A DNA stretch of 64,000 bases from the human T2T-CHM13v2.0 reference genome, Homo sapiens, in the NCBI RefSeq assembly GCF_009914755.1, contig NC_060936.1; one strand, 5' to 3'. The notes beneath the pieces are model-generated. The model did no database searches, was not told the DNA's origin, and was given only the letters and a program-made list of their open reading frames with translations. The position numbers and the translations under genes are program-made. Numbering within the stretch: the stretch's first letter is position 1; each line of letters starts with the position of its first letter. Of this stretch, positions 61,925 to 64,000 are shown in pieces.

Positions 61925-62590
61925 TAAAAAAGAAATTTCACTGAGGTGTAATATGTGGTGAGAACATTTAAAGTCTATTGTTAACGATTTTCAGGAATAC
62001 AATGCATTGTTATTAACTGTAGTTAACATATTGTACAGTAGATCTCTTGAACTCAATAGATCTTCTAACCGAAATTTTTGTACCCTTTGACCAACATCTC
62101 CCCAGTCGTCTCTCTCCAGCCTCTGGTAACACCATTCTACTCTCTGTTTCTATGAATTCAGCTTTTTTAGAGTCCACATATTAAGTGAACCCTTTATGTG
62201 GTATTTCACTTAATGTAATACCCTCCAGGATTATCTGTATTGTTGTAAGTGACAGGATTTCCTTCTTTTTCAAGGCTGAATAGTATTCTGTTATTTAGGT
62301 TTACTACATTTTCTTTATCCATTCTTCATTGACAGACACTGAGGTTGATTCCTTATCTTGGCTATGGTGAATAGTGCTGCAGTGAACGTGGTAGAGCAGA
62401 TGTTTCTTCAACATACTGACTTCACTTCCTTTGGATATATACCCGGTAGTGGGATTGCCGGATCATATGGTAGTTCTGTTTTTAATTTTTTGAGGAACCT
62501 CTATATACCATTCTTCATAATGGCTATACTAACTTACATTTCCAGCCACAGTGAACATAGGTTCCCTTTTCTCCACATCCTGTCATTTTT
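61925..62590 (-). mobile_element. L1MA/MB 3' region fragment
   Basis: Antisense L1 motifs (tcttggctatggtgaatagtgctgcagtgaac, gtagtgggattgccggatcatatggtagttct). Confidence 0.85.
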
Positions 62591-63564
62591 TTAAATTATC
62601 TGTTTCTGGAATTCCTACTCCTTAGATATTGGACTTTCCACACTGATCCTCTGATTTTGTTATTTTTCCCATTTCCTATTTTATTAAATTAATTTTTTCC
62701 TCCTAGATTTTAAAATAAGTAAATGTTTGTTATACCAAATTGGCAGAAACTTGGCTATAGTTTCTCCCTTTTTCCAGTCTATCTTATACACCAATCTGAT
62801 CAAATCGATGACTGTGATCCACTGGTATTTCAAGTCTAGAGTTTGAATTTCAGGATTCTCTGTGACTTCATATCAGTATACCCATGCAACCATATTTTTA
62901 CTCCCACATGTAACTTTTACCGTTGTTACTGTTTTGGAAACAGGCTGTCACCATTCCCAAATTGGTCTTCATTTTATACTCAGTGTTTGAAATGTCTGTC
63001 TTCTCCTTGATTCTCAGTTAATTTCTACTAATCTATCAGGGCAGGTCTGTCGGCTTGTTGAAACCTTCTCCGACCAGCCTCATCTTTTCATAGTGACAGA
63101 GTTGGAGCTGGAATCCAGTTTCCTGCTTTGTTCTATACTGTTATGCCCTATATTTAGCACTGCTGCTCAGATCAATTAAATGATGACTGTCAGGCCACGT
63201 AAGCTGGTTCTTTCCTTTTTGTCAGTGATTGCCTTCTAATTCTGTGGTTAAGTTACTCAGAGAAGGCCTCCAACATCAAGTTGGTTGTACTAGGATAAAG
63301 CACTGTAAAACAGCTAATAAAGTGCCTGGTGGAGTTAGTGGTTCATAAATTGTTATCCATGGTTTTCAACTGTGAATCCAGTAATGGCCCATATCACAGA
63401 ACCAGAACCTAGAGTTCCCTTTTTCCAGGTCAAGGCTGTGTTCCCAGTGCTGGTGCCTTGCATATTCCTGTGAATCTCCATCCATGGCTACCCAGTACTT
63501 GGCCTCAGTAGACAGCCTGCGGGTTTGGATGTATTAGAACTGTGCTGTTAGAAGTTTTACAATA

Positions 63565-63923
<359 letters not shown>

Positions 63924-64000
63924 TTAACAGATATTTTAACTGCCTCTTTCTTCGACTTCTTGATTCAAGACAAGAAGTACATTTCTCAAACAACTTTTGA

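Overview
Primate genomic DNA, almost certainly human (an AluYa5 and a young-looking SVA are present). The window holds the complete 10-exon STRAP gene on the + strand (ATG 11964 to TGA 32235). Its exons splice through GT-AG introns into a 1053-nt ORF, which is the 350-aa WD40 protein STRAP/UNRIP. Intron 1 also contains an in-frame 39-nt cassette exon. About 8 kb downstream lie the CpG-island promoter and first coding exon of DERA (MSAHNRGTEL, 40642-40672), followed by >23 kb of DERA intron 1. The rest is transposon-rich: ~35 Alu/FLAM copies, an internally deleted L1PB carrying a solo LTR12 (ERV9), a 5'-truncated SVA, MaLR LTRs, Tigger4a, and old L1M/L2/MIR/MER fragments. Nearly all ORF-track entries are repeat-derived or chance ORFs. 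I see no clearly new gene system. The least explained signals are (1) two non-tandem local duplications that look like templated DNA-repair insertions, one with a fold-back signature; (2) splice-phase compatibility for an in-frame STRAP-DERA read-through fusion; (3) an LTR12 promoter oriented toward STRAP; (4) an antisense SVA just after DERA exon 1; and (5) a probable divergent spliced transcript from the STRAP promoter. Repeat subfamily calls and boundaries were made by eye and are approximate.
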